From the NCBI GenBank assembly GCA_041690135.1, contig JAWLHY010000004.1, positions 32,001-96,000 on the forward strand: 64,000 nucleotides of DNA, in the 5' to 3' direction. Origin of the DNA: Armatimonadota bacterium. GTDB lineage: Bacteria > Armatimonadota > SYMT01. Both the position numbers and the translations under genes were made by a program. Positions 10,027 to 18,689 of the stretch are shown here, one piece after another (position 1 is the first letter of the stretch; every line of letters starts with the position of its first letter). Under the pieces are notes generated by a model, which saw nothing but the letters and a program-made list of their open reading frames with translations, did not search any database and had not been told where the DNA came from.

Positions 10027-11286
10027 ATGAGCGCAAGCTCCCACGGACAGGCCCCCAGTGCCATCGGCACCCGCCTGTCCATCATGATGTTCCTCCAGTT
10101 TTTCGTCTGGGGGGCCTGGTACGTCTCCGTTGGCCCCTTCATGACGGCCAACGGGATGGAAAGCCAGATTGCGAATATGTACTCGGTGGGGCCGATCGCC
10201 GCCATTGTCTCCCCGTTCTTCCTCGGGATGATTGCGGACCGCTTCTTCGCCACGGAGCGGGTTCTCGGGCTCCTGCACCTGCTCGGCGGCGGCATCCTCC
10301 TCGCGGCTCCCAGCATGGCGCCCCAGGGCGGCAGCATTTTCGTCGGCCTCTTCCTGGGCTACATGCTCTGTTACATGCCGACTCTGGGCCTGACGAACAC
10401 CCTGGCCTTCCACAACATGACGGACCAGGAAAAGCAGTTCCCCTTGATCCGTGTCTTCGGCACCATCGGCTGGATCGTGGCCAACCTGGTCGTCAGCAAC
10501 GTGCTCAAGGCGGATACCACGGCGGTGCAGTTCTACGTCGCCGGCGCCGCCAGCATCGCGCTGGGCCTGTACAGCTTCTCACTGCCGCACACCCCGCCGC
10601 CGATGGCCGGGAAGCAGGCGACGGCGCGCGACATCCTCGGCCTTGATGCGCTGGGCCTGATGCGGTCGCCCTCCTTCGCGATGTTCGTCATCTGCTCCTT
10701 CCTCGTCTGCATTCCGCTGGCGGCTTACTATGCCTTCGCGGGTGTGTACGTCGGAGCCTCGGGGATCGAGAACGTCGCCGGGACCATGTCCTACGGCCAG
10801 ATGTCCGAGATCTTCTTCATGCTCATCATGCCGCTCTGCTTCGCCCGCCTGGGCGTGAAGTGGATGCTGCTGGTCGGCATGCTGGCCTGGGTGGCGCGCT
10901 ACGGACTCTTCGCGGCGGCAGCCAGCAGCCAGACGATGTGGATGATCCTGGGCGGTATCGTCCTGCATGGAATCTGCTACGACTTCTTCTTCGTCACCGG
11001 CCAGATCTACGTCGACAAGAAGGCGCCCGCCGCCATCCGCGGCCAGGCCCAGGGCTTCCTGGTATTGGTAACCCAGGGCCTGGGAGCGCTGATCGGCGCC
11101 CAGATCATGGGGAAGGTCGTCGCCCATTTCACTCAGGGCGAAGTGGTGAACTGGCAGCAGATCTGGACCATTCCGTGCGTGATGGCCGCCGTGGTGGCAG
11201 TGATCTTCTTCCTGGCCTTCCGGGACGACGCCAAGTCGATGCCGGCGGATGAGGAGGGTGCGCTTGGACTGGGCGCCGCCCACTAG
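10027..11286 (+). CDS. Nucleoside:H+ symporter-family MFS transporter (NupG/XapB-like)
   Basis: MMFLQFFVWGAW, IRVFGTIGW, GQMSEIFFM, LHGICYDFFFVTGQIYVD. Confidence 0.92.
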   Translation: MSASSHGQAPSAIGTRLSIMMFLQFFVWGAWYVSVGPFMTANGMESQIANMYSVGPIAAIVSPFFLGMIADRFFATERVLGLLHLLGGGILLAAPSMAPQGGSIFVGLFLGYMLCYMPTLGLTNTLAFHNMTDQEKQFPLIRVFGTIGWIVANLVVSNVLKADTTAVQFYVAGAASIALGLYSFSLPHTPPPMAGKQATARDILGLDALGLMRSPSFAMFVICSFLVCIPLAAYYAFAGVYVGASGIENVAGTMSYGQMSEIFFMLIMPLCFARLGVKWMLLVGMLAWVARYGLFAAAASSQTMWMILGGIVLHGICYDFFFVTGQIYVDKKAPAAIRGQAQGFLVLVTQGLGALIGAQIMGKVVAHFTQGEVVNWQQIWTIPCVMAAVVAVIFFLAFRDDAKSMPADEEGALGLGAAH

Positions 11287-11366
11287 GGACGAACGCAGGA
11301 ATGATAAAGGGAGAAGGGGAGAGAGGCCAACCACGGGCTTTGGACCTTCTCTTCCTTCTCCGGTTC

Positions 11367-11400
11367 GAAAGAGGGCTGCTCGAATGGGCAGCCCTCTTTC
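11367..11400. terminator. Hairpin downstream of the MFS gene, probable terminator
   Basis: GAAAGAGGGCTGC...GCAGCCCTCTTTC inverted repeat. Confidence 0.6.
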
Positions 11401-12094
11401 TGGTGGTCCTCGCAGGCACCGGCTGAAGGCCGGAAGGATGCAGTTGGTGAATTCGATCGCGGGCAGGCATACGCCCGTACGGGTTGCACTGCGGACGCTA
11501 GTGGTCTCGCAGCGTCGTGGATCACCCCGATCACCAATGCCGCCTCCAGGTCGGGAGCGGCGCAGTGCAACTGCGCGCGAAGTATTCGGCTGCAGTCCAA
11601 CTGCAGCCGATCTTGTTGAAGTGATCGTAATCGTGCTCGACCGCGGGCGGGCAAGATACCCGCGCTATGCAGTACGAGTGCGGATGCAAGGTCGGGGCAG
11701 GAGCAGTCGGAATTCACTTCGGGTGCCCTGACCCGGGGTCTGCCGATCCGTGTAAGGGCAAGTTCCCTGACCAGGGGGCTGGCCACGCCTGCCCGGCGGA
11801 GTTAGGGTCGCTTACGGGTTCTGATACGTGTGGCCGACTGCTTCGGCGAGAGGCTCATCTGGTTCGAGGAAGTTGCTTCTAGTCGATCGCTCCTCGCCAT
11901 GACTACCGTTTTCAATGGATGATCTGTCCGGATGCCTGAACGTTTACCCCCTGTGGGGGACCCGAACGTCTGACCACCCGAACACCCTTCCCATTCGCCT
12001 CATTCGCCCAGTTCGCGGATCGCCATTCACCCCTTGGCCCCGGTGTCAACTTTGCCCGGACGGGGGAGTATCTGGGTGGAAGGGAGGGACAGTT

Positions 12095-12793
12095 ATGGCC
12101 GATCGAGGTCCTAACCAGGATTTTATGGGGGTGGGAAAGAGACCGGAGGCGATCGATCCGACCTACCGGGACGCATCCTACCTGGGCACCGACATTGAGG
12201 ACGACGAAGAGGTCCACGACCTGGGCTTCATCGTCGACGACCACGACGACCGCCGCGGCACGCTGACGGAGGGATTCCAGCACCTGGACGACCTCGACAG
12301 CAATGAGCCGCTGGAGACGAACCGGAACGGGAAGGTGCCTCATGCTACCTCGCTGGTGGCACGGGGCGCGCCGCGCGAATGGTTCGCCACCGATTACCAC
12401 GTCGACCATGCGGACGCCGAACAGCAGGAGGAGGACTTCGTCAACACCTCCATGCTCGAAACGGACCCGGACATGAACGACGGCACGGTCGACTTCACCG
12501 ACGAAACCTTTGCGAACCAGGATGGAAGCCCTGGAGCGACGGACCTGGTGGGCCACGTGCCCGGCGTGACGTACGGATTCGGGACGAGCGTGCCGCAGGA
12601 CCTGGGTAGCGGTGGCTTCCGCGTCCAGGACAATCCCCTGATGCAGCCGCAGAACCGGCCGGTGTCCGGCGACAACGTGAGTGACGAGGCCATCGGTTAC
12701 CGGGATGTCGATGACATGGGTAATGATGACGACCTGGATCGTCTGGCCAACCGTTATGCCCAGGACGTGGACCTGAAAGGGAAGAAGCCGTGA
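12095..12793 (+). CDS. Highly acidic hypothetical protein
   Basis: GGAGG-like RBS before ATG 12095; Asp/Glu-rich; GC-rich third codon positions like neighbouring genes. Confidence 0.7.
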   Translation: MADRGPNQDFMGVGKRPEAIDPTYRDASYLGTDIEDDEEVHDLGFIVDDHDDRRGTLTEGFQHLDDLDSNEPLETNRNGKVPHATSLVARGAPREWFATDYHVDHADAEQQEEDFVNTSMLETDPDMNDGTVDFTDETFANQDGSPGATDLVGHVPGVTYGFGTSVPQDLGSGGFRVQDNPLMQPQNRPVSGDNVSDEAIGYRDVDDMGNDDDLDRLANRYAQDVDLKGKKP

Positions 12794-13026
12794 GACCGGA
12801 GCGTCCGCTTAACCCGCCCCACATCGAGGACCCGGATGCCGACCCGGCCCTGGAGCGGATCCGGCGCGACCGCCGTCCGGGTGAGGTGGAAACGGGGATG
12901 ATGACGGGATCGGATGATGCGGAGATCAGCGCCACCGATCGGTTCGAGGGCGAATTGACCGAAGAAGAAGCCCTGGAAGTACTCGACCCCGGGCACACCC
13001 GGTCGTCCGCGGCGATCCGCGAATAA
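12790..13026 (+). CDS. Small acidic hypothetical protein
   Basis: GTGA overlap with the upstream gene; followed by a hairpin at 13076-13110. Confidence 0.6.
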   Translation: MRPERPLNPPHIEDPDADPALERIRRDRRPGEVETGMMTGSDDAEISATDRFEGELTEEEALEVLDPGHTRSSAAIRE

Positions 13027-13257
13027 CGCGAATGGGACGAATGAGGCGGTCGAAGACCGCTGAATGATAGCCTCACGAGGATACCCGCATTTGAAGTGCG
13101 GGTATCCTCGCGCTTATATTGGACCCGGTCCCCATTCGCTCCATTCGTCTAATTCGCGGATAGGAACGTCCGGTGGGTATCCAGAACCTAGCAGTGGTAG
13201 CATTCCCTTGACAGGCCGCCTTGCCTGTCCTGCTCTCCTCTCCACGAGGTCCACGCC

Positions 13258-14376
13258 ATGAAGATCCGGCAGATCACCACCTACATGATCGACGTCCCCA
13301 TCAAGAAGGAACTGATGATCACCAGTTCTCTCGGCACCCACTCCGCCACGCGGCTGGTGGTCCTCCGCCTGGACACGGACGACGGGATCTCCGGGATTGG
13401 GGAGGCCACGGTGACTCCGAAGTGGAGTGGCGAGACGGCCTGGGGCTGCAAGGCAATGATCGACCAGTACCTGGCCCCCGCCGTGATCGGGCTTGCGGTA
13501 GACGACATCGAGGGCGCTCTGGCCGCCATGGATAAGGAGGCCTTCGCGAACCCGTTTGCCAAGTCCGCAATCGAGATGGCCATGCTGGATGTGCGCGGGA
13601 AGGCGGAGGGTAAGCCGATCTTTGAGCTTTTGGGTGGGGCCGCACACGATCTGGCGATCCCGATCCGCTTCTCGCTGGCGGCGCTTTCACCGGAGCAGAC
13701 CGCCACCAACGCCCGCAAGCGGGTGGAATGGGGTCACAAGACCGTCAAGGTAAAGGTGGGCCTCGATCCGCAGGCGGATGTGAAGCGACTCTTCGCCGTA
13801 CGCGAAGCGATCGGTCCGGACGTCCGACTCACGTGCGACGCCAACGGCGGCTGGAGTGTCGAGGACGCCATCTGGGCGCTGAACGAGATGCGCCCACTCA
13901 ATCTCACCCTGGCCGAACAGCCGGTACGGCGCGAGGACCTGGATGGCATGGCGGAGGTCCGCCGCCGGGTGGAAGTCCCAATCATGGCGGACGAAGGCGT
14001 CTTCACCATCTGGGACGCGGAGCAGGCACTGAAAAAGGAGGCCTGCGACATCATCGCCGTATACCCCGGCAAGAACGGCGGGATCACCGTCAGCAAGCGC
14101 ATCGCCGAGATGGCCGCGGAGCACGGCGTGGCCTGTGCCGTCGGCAGCAACCTGGAACTGGATCCCGGCACCGCCTCCATGTGCCACCTCACCGTGGCTA
14201 CGGCAAACATCGCCGCCGACCGATATCACGGCGACATCCTGGGTACCCTCTACCACGAGTTCCCCATCGTTAAGAACCCGGTCCGCCTGGAAGCGGGTAT
14301 CGCCCACTGCCCCACCGGCCCCGGCCTGGGAGTGGAAATGGACTGGGAAGCCGTTGAGCGCCTGGCAATCCAGTAA
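13258..14376 (+). CDS. Enolase-superfamily enzyme (muconate cycloisomerase / dipeptide epimerase subgroup)
   Basis: KVKVG, DANGGW, EQP, MADE and KNGGIT motifs. Confidence 0.88.
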   Translation: MKIRQITTYMIDVPIKKELMITSSLGTHSATRLVVLRLDTDDGISGIGEATVTPKWSGETAWGCKAMIDQYLAPAVIGLAVDDIEGALAAMDKEAFANPFAKSAIEMAMLDVRGKAEGKPIFELLGGAAHDLAIPIRFSLAALSPEQTATNARKRVEWGHKTVKVKVGLDPQADVKRLFAVREAIGPDVRLTCDANGGWSVEDAIWALNEMRPLNLTLAEQPVRREDLDGMAEVRRRVEVPIMADEGVFTIWDAEQALKKEACDIIAVYPGKNGGITVSKRIAEMAAEHGVACAVGSNLELDPGTASMCHLTVATANIAADRYHGDILGTLYHEFPIVKNPVRLEAGIAHCPTGPGLGVEMDWEAVERLAIQ

Positions 14377-14430
14377 ACGCTCATGGGGACAACGCTACGG
14401 TAGACCTAACACGCTATGGGCTCGCGGAGT

Positions 14431-14630
14431 GTAGGGCCGGATCTCCGTCCCGGCCGGGTGAAGTTTGCGGTACGTGTCCCGCCGGTTGGGGCAACCCGTG
14501 GACACGCGGACACCCCAGAGTCCTGCTCCCTCGGAGCCAACGGGTTTCTACAGCAGTTCGCACGGGGTGTCGCGCCTGGCACGCCGAGAGGAAGTCCAGA
14601 AGCAGGCAGGCATCGGAGAGCCTGCCCTAC
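14431..14630. repeat. Inverted pair of GTAG-type REP elements
   Basis: GTAGGGCCGGATCTCCGTCCCGGCC at 14431 and a reverse-complement copy GTAGGGCAGGCTCTCCGATGCCTGCC ending at 14630. Confidence 0.6.
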
Positions 14631-14728
14631 TACTTCAGTACGTCCCCAGAAATACTGTGTGTGCCCCAGGTGGATTGCGACGAGTTCATTCCGTACGCTC
14701 CACCTGGGCTTTGCGTCGGGAGCGTCCC

Positions 14729-15364
14729 TCAATACGGACGCACGCTGAAGTCTCCGAGCGTCAGCGTCCAGCTGTCCCGCTGGTTTTCTGCCAGGAAACG
14801 CAGGACCGTTTCGCCTGCCAGGGCCGTGGCCATCAGGACCAGGTTGCGAGCCAGCGGGTAGTCGCAGACGTCGCCTGCGGCATCCGAGGGGACCCGGTAC
14901 TTTTCGTTCCAGATGACTTCAGCGTAGTCCGCGTTCAGGCCAACGTGCAGGCATGGCAGGCCCTCGCGCTCGCAGTGGTCGGCCACCAGACGACGGGAGA
15001 CGCTGTTGTCGAACCCGTCGACCACCAGGTCGGCGCCGGTCAGGAGTTTCCGGACGTTCTTCTCCGTAAGCTCCTTCGCTACCGCCTCGATCTCCACGCC
15101 AACCGCCCGAAACAGCAGGTGCTGGAGCGTCTCCGCCTTGAAGCCGCCCACGTCGTCGAGTGTCCACACCTGGGTGCTGACGTTATGCTCCTCGACGCGA
15201 TCGCGGTCGATGACGCACAGGTTTCCGGCGCCCTGCCGCGCCAGGTTCTCCGCCAGGTTCGACCCTACGGCCCCGGCACCGCATACAATGATTCGAGCTT
15301 CCGTCAGGCGAGCCATCACCTCCGGCCCGCGATAGATCTGTTCGTGGTGGAATTTCGTAGCCAT
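14729..15364 (-). CDS. ThiF/E1-like adenylyltransferase
   Basis: GAGAVGS nucleotide-binding loop, IDRDRVEEHNVSTQ, VVDGFDN, C-terminal DVCDY; start trimmed to MATKF. Confidence 0.9.
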   Translation of the reverse strand: MATKFHHEQIYRGPEVMARLTEARIIVCGAGAVGSNLAENLARQGAGNLCVIDRDRVEEHNVSTQVWTLDDVGGFKAETLQHLLFRAVGVEIEAVAKELTEKNVRKLLTGADLVVDGFDNSVSRRLVADHCEREGLPCLHVGLNADYAEVIWNEKYRVPSDAAGDVCDYPLARNLVLMATALAGETVLRFLAENQRDSWTLTLGDFSVRPY

Positions 15365-15404
15365 ACTCAGTACCCCCGGTTCCGTACGCCCGGTTCCGAA
15401 TTGA

Positions 15405-15627
15405 ACCGCCAAGACGCCAAGAACGCCAAGAGGGAAGAAGGGAAGTGCCAAGAAGAGAATGTAGGTAGCTCCGGATAGAGCGCCTGTTGTGCTCCGCCTA
15501 CACTAACTACCTGACGTATGCCCGTAGCTGCGTGCTGATTTGTCACCGCCAAGCACCAACTAAAAGCCATCCCATCCTCTTCTTCCACTCTCCTTTCCGA
15601 ACTTGGCGCTCTTGGCGTCTTGGCGGT
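15405..15627. repeat. Inverted-repeat element built from CGCCAAG-containing units (REP/MITE-like)
   Basis: ACCGCCAAGACGCCAAGAACGCCAAG (15405-15430) versus CTTGGCGCTCTTGGCGTCTTGGCGGT (15602-15627), with purine/pyrimidine-rich inner arms. Confidence 0.7.
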
Positions 15628-15639
15628 AAAGAGAGCACC

Positions 15640-16548
15640 CTAGCGGCGGCGCCGCCGCCGGCCTCCCGGCGGGTGGATCTCCCGGTAGACTTCCTCCGGC
15701 AAGCCGTGGTCGCCGCCGACGCGGGTCAGGTAACCCCGCTGCCCCTCGCGGATCACGCCGACCAGGCTGGTAAGGTCGAACTTCTCATCCTCGCCGGAGA
15801 GGCAGATCCCCGCCAGCATCACCGACAGGTCGTTCTTACGGACCGTCGCGGTGTGGGTCTCCCCGTCCACCGTAAAGGTCACGGCGTAAACGTCCTTCCG
15901 CTCGACGAAGCCGCGAAACTTCCCGTTCGCGTGATTTACCGCGGCCTTGAGGCGCTCCTCGGTGCTGTCACGCTGTTCCTGCTCGCGCAGCAGAAGCTGC
16001 CACTCGTAGGCCAGCCGCTCCTGTGGGGTCAGCGACGCCTTCCGGAGGTCATCCGGCTTGCGCCCTTCCTGGAGCGACTCCCGGAGGTAAGCCGCTATGG
16101 ACGGGCTCCGGCGGGGGTTGCGGCCCTCGACAAAGAACCGCGAGCCATCCCAACGCGCTCGCACCGTGTCGAAGACCTGGACCTCTCCCGGCAACAGGAC
16201 CGGCACCAGCCCGTCGAGCCGGAAGCGGGTGTCCGAGCCTTCGGCAGCCAATGCCCACCAGCCGTCCGCACGCTTCTCCGTAAGCACCAGCGACACCGCG
16301 GGAAACAGCCGGAGATACTCCCGGATCTGGCGCAGGCGCGCGGCCCCCACCACCCGCGCGGTGTGGGAGTCCTCCGGCTTCAGGAGCGCCCAGCCCTCGA
16401 AGTCGCGGGGCGCGACCTGAAACTTCCAGACGATGCCGGCAACCCGTACCTGAACCCCGGCCCCTTTCAACACCGGAGCCACGAAGGTGCTCTCCAGGAA
16501 ACTCTGCTCTTCCTGAGTCATTCGCCGCAGCAACTCCCGCACATCCAT
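15640..16548 (-). CDS. Hypothetical protein of the TROVE operon; possible E2-like C-terminal domain
   Basis: GAGG RBS; co-oriented with the operon; its only Cys lies in AGICLSGEDEKFDLTSLVGVI. The ORF is solid; the E2 call is inference. Confidence 0.7.
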   Translation of the reverse strand: MDVRELLRRMTQEEQSFLESTFVAPVLKGAGVQVRVAGIVWKFQVAPRDFEGWALLKPEDSHTARVVGAARLRQIREYLRLFPAVSLVLTEKRADGWWALAAEGSDTRFRLDGLVPVLLPGEVQVFDTVRARWDGSRFFVEGRNPRRSPSIAAYLRESLQEGRKPDDLRKASLTPQERLAYEWQLLLREQEQRDSTEERLKAAVNHANGKFRGFVERKDVYAVTFTVDGETHTATVRKNDLSVMLAGICLSGEDEKFDLTSLVGVIREGQRGYLTRVGGDHGLPEEVYREIHPPGGRRRRRR

Positions 16549-16559
16549 CGGAAATTCCT

Positions 16560-17327
16560 CTACTCCACGGGCTTCTGCCCCGTGATCACAAGACGGCGGC
16601 TCTCCAGGGTGAGCCGGCTGCCGTCGAGCCCACCGTAGACGACCACCCCCGCCAGGCCGGCGGAACGGAACATCGCCGTCAACTCGGCGGCGGTATACAG
16701 GCGCAGCGAATGACTGAAGCCCGAGCGGCGCCCATCCGGATAGATCAGCGTTCCCTTCACCTCCTGGCGACTGGTCGGGAGATCAAACGACCGCTCTTCC
16801 AGGACCAGGGTGCCGTCTTCCAGGCGCTGCACGCCGCTCTCCGCGAACCGGCGCAGGAGGCTGTCGCGATGGATGATCTCCATCAAGAACACGCCACCGG
16901 GTTTGAGGGCACGCACCACTCCCTGGAGAACCTTCTGATCTTCCGCCTCGTCTTCCAGGTAGCCGAAGGCGGTAAAGAGGTTGACCACGGCATCGAAACA
17001 GCCCTCGAAGGGGATCCGGCGCATGTCACTCCGCACCCACTGCACCTCCACGCCTTCCTCCGCAGCGTTCGCCTGCGCGTGGCGGAGGAAGCATTCACTC
17101 AGGTCGAGCCCGGTCATCCGGTAGCCTCGCCGGGCCAGTGGAACGGTATGCCGGCCGTGACCGCAGCAGAGATCGAGGAGGCGGCTTCCCGGCGACAGCG
17201 CCAGCAGTTCGCACACCCCCTCGACCTCCGCGGTGGTCCGCTCCGGAGTCAGCATGGGCGAGTAGCGCTGGAGGTACTCCTCATTGAAGATCTGCTCGTA
17301 CCAGGGGGTTTTCTCCATCGCTTGCAT
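16560..17327 (-). CDS. Class I SAM-dependent methyltransferase
   Basis: LLDLCCGHGRH, GLDLS, DMRRIPF, FTAFGY, ALKPGG; start 17327 or 17318. Confidence 0.9.
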   Translation of the reverse strand: MQAMEKTPWYEQIFNEEYLQRYSPMLTPERTTAEVEGVCELLALSPGSRLLDLCCGHGRHTVPLARRGYRMTGLDLSECFLRHAQANAAEEGVEVQWVRSDMRRIPFEGCFDAVVNLFTAFGYLEDEAEDQKVLQGVVRALKPGGVFLMEIIHRDSLLRRFAESGVQRLEDGTLVLEERSFDLPTSRQEVKGTLIYPDGRRSGFSHSLRLYTAAELTAMFRSAGLAGVVVYGGLDGSRLTLESRRLVITGQKPVE

Positions 17328-17470
17328 CTCCGCTCGCTCCACACCTTTATCGGAGGGGTGTGGGGGTGTGGGGGTGTGGGGGTGTGGAAGAATGGGAGAG
17401 TTGTTGCCCAAGTGGGGCTCCCTATCTCCCATTCGTCCCCCACCCATTCGTACCGAGTTTTCGCACCAGA

Positions 17471-18433
17471 TCAGGCGGCCGCCTCTTCCAGCAGCATCGC
17501 CCGGTAGACGCGACCAAGGGTCTTGCTGATCGCACTTCGGATGAGCTTGTCGTCGAACCCTTGCTCATGGAGCGCCTGCCACTCGGGCTCGCACTCCTTA
17601 CGAAGGTCATCGATCATCGCCGGCACCAGGCGCGGCATATCGGTCATGTCGCCGGCCACGGTCACGCCGGTATCCCGCAGGCGCCCGAGAGCGTTGATGA
17701 CACGCCCCCGCACGACGAAGGTTCGTGCGAACGTCTCGACCGGAGTCAGGTCGGGACGCTGCTCCCGGATCGACTGGCGGGAAACCTCCGCAAAGCGCTC
17801 GCACTTGTGCTTGACGATCAGCCATTCGCCGAACACGTTCCGCAGGAGCGGGTTGGAGCGGAGGACCACCCCTTCCATCAGGTTGGTCTCGCCGGCCACC
17901 CCTTGCGCCAACCCTTCCGGAGAGACGCGCTCCAGAAGGGCGTTGAACGCCTCCAGACTCGGCTCGCCGCGCCAGATTTCCGCCACCCGCGGCAGACCCG
18001 CCGCGTCGCACAACTCCACGAAGAGCTCATAGGTAACGAACGCCTCGCCGATGCGGATGTCGAAAGCCCGGAACAAGATGCGGTCGTCGGAGACGTAGCG
18101 CACGCCCTTCTGGATGCCGGCTCCGCAGATCTCGCCGTAAACCACCACGCTGCCGTAGCCGCGCTCGCGGAACAGGGACCCCAGCTTTTGGAGAAGTTCC
18201 GGACGCTCCTTGAACCAGCGCACCGGGCGCCCCGCGTAGAACTCATCGCCGCCGGAGGTTCCGAACTCCTCGTTGCGGCCTCCGTATTGGACCTCGTCAA
18301 TGGAGGTCATCCCGGCGGGAAAGTAGACCCGGAAGTTCGTGCCATGCAGTTTCTCCGTGGCGATGACTTCCTTCACCGCCAGCAGTTCCCGCCGTTTCTC
18401 CAGGCCCACGATTTCCGGGTACTTGTAGAACAT
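17471..18433 (-). CDS. ATP-dependent RNA ligase, Rnl2 family
   Basis: Motif I EKLHGTN, III YGEICG, IIIa FRAFDI, IV EGVVLR, V IVKHK, plus a C-terminal helical domain; GGAGG RBS. Confidence 0.9.
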   Translation of the reverse strand: MFYKYPEIVGLEKRRELLAVKEVIATEKLHGTNFRVYFPAGMTSIDEVQYGGRNEEFGTSGGDEFYAGRPVRWFKERPELLQKLGSLFRERGYGSVVVYGEICGAGIQKGVRYVSDDRILFRAFDIRIGEAFVTYELFVELCDAAGLPRVAEIWRGEPSLEAFNALLERVSPEGLAQGVAGETNLMEGVVLRSNPLLRNVFGEWLIVKHKCERFAEVSRQSIREQRPDLTPVETFARTFVVRGRVINALGRLRDTGVTVAGDMTDMPRLVPAMIDDLRKECEPEWQALHEQGFDDKLIRSAISKTLGRVYRAMLLEEAAA

Positions 18434-18460
18434 CTCTCCCTCCGGTTGAAGATGATTGAA

Positions 18461-18607
18461 TGGGGAGCCCGCGCGAGTTCCGAAAGCTGAGGTGTGTCTC
18501 TATCGATCTACAGTCGATTGCCTTTGACCGCTCGGCCACATCCTTACGGATGGTGGGATTCGAACCCACGGAGTGTGTGTAAGCTTCCGGGATGGGGCGC
18601 GGGCCCC
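18461..18607 (-). ncRNA. Y-like scaffold RNA 1 carrying a circularly permuted tRNA-Tyr(GUA) mimic
   Basis: Order: outer stem, T arm GUGGG-UUCGAAU-CCCAC, acceptor hairpin CAUCC-GUAA-GGAUG, D arm, anticodon arm AUCGA-CUGUAGA-UCGAU, outer stem; shared scaffold motif AGCUUACA. Confidence 0.85.
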
Positions 18608-18619
18608 TTAAACTGAAGT

Positions 18620-18670
18620 GAGGGCAATTTGCAATTTCAAATCTGCAATTTCAAATCTCAAATTGCCCTC
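18620..18670. repeat. AT-rich palindromic element with GCAATTTCAAATCT units
   Basis: GAGGGCAATTTG...CAAATTGCCCTC enclosing two tandem GCAATTTCAAATCT copies. Confidence 0.55.
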
Positions 18671-18689
18671 TGATGCGCTGTCGGAGCCC

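Noticed and set aside
15471-15500. D-arm-like TAGCTCCGGATAGAGCG inside the inverted repeat
   Set aside because: No T arm, anticodon arm or scaffold motif nearby, and it is on the strand opposite the operon.
18461-18607. RNA1 terminus GGGGCCC/GGGCUCC-CCA as an alanyl-acceptor (tmRNA-like G3:U70) end
   Set aside because: There is no discriminator base before the CCA, no adjacent T arm and no tag ORF, and the other three RNAs lack it; probably coincidental.
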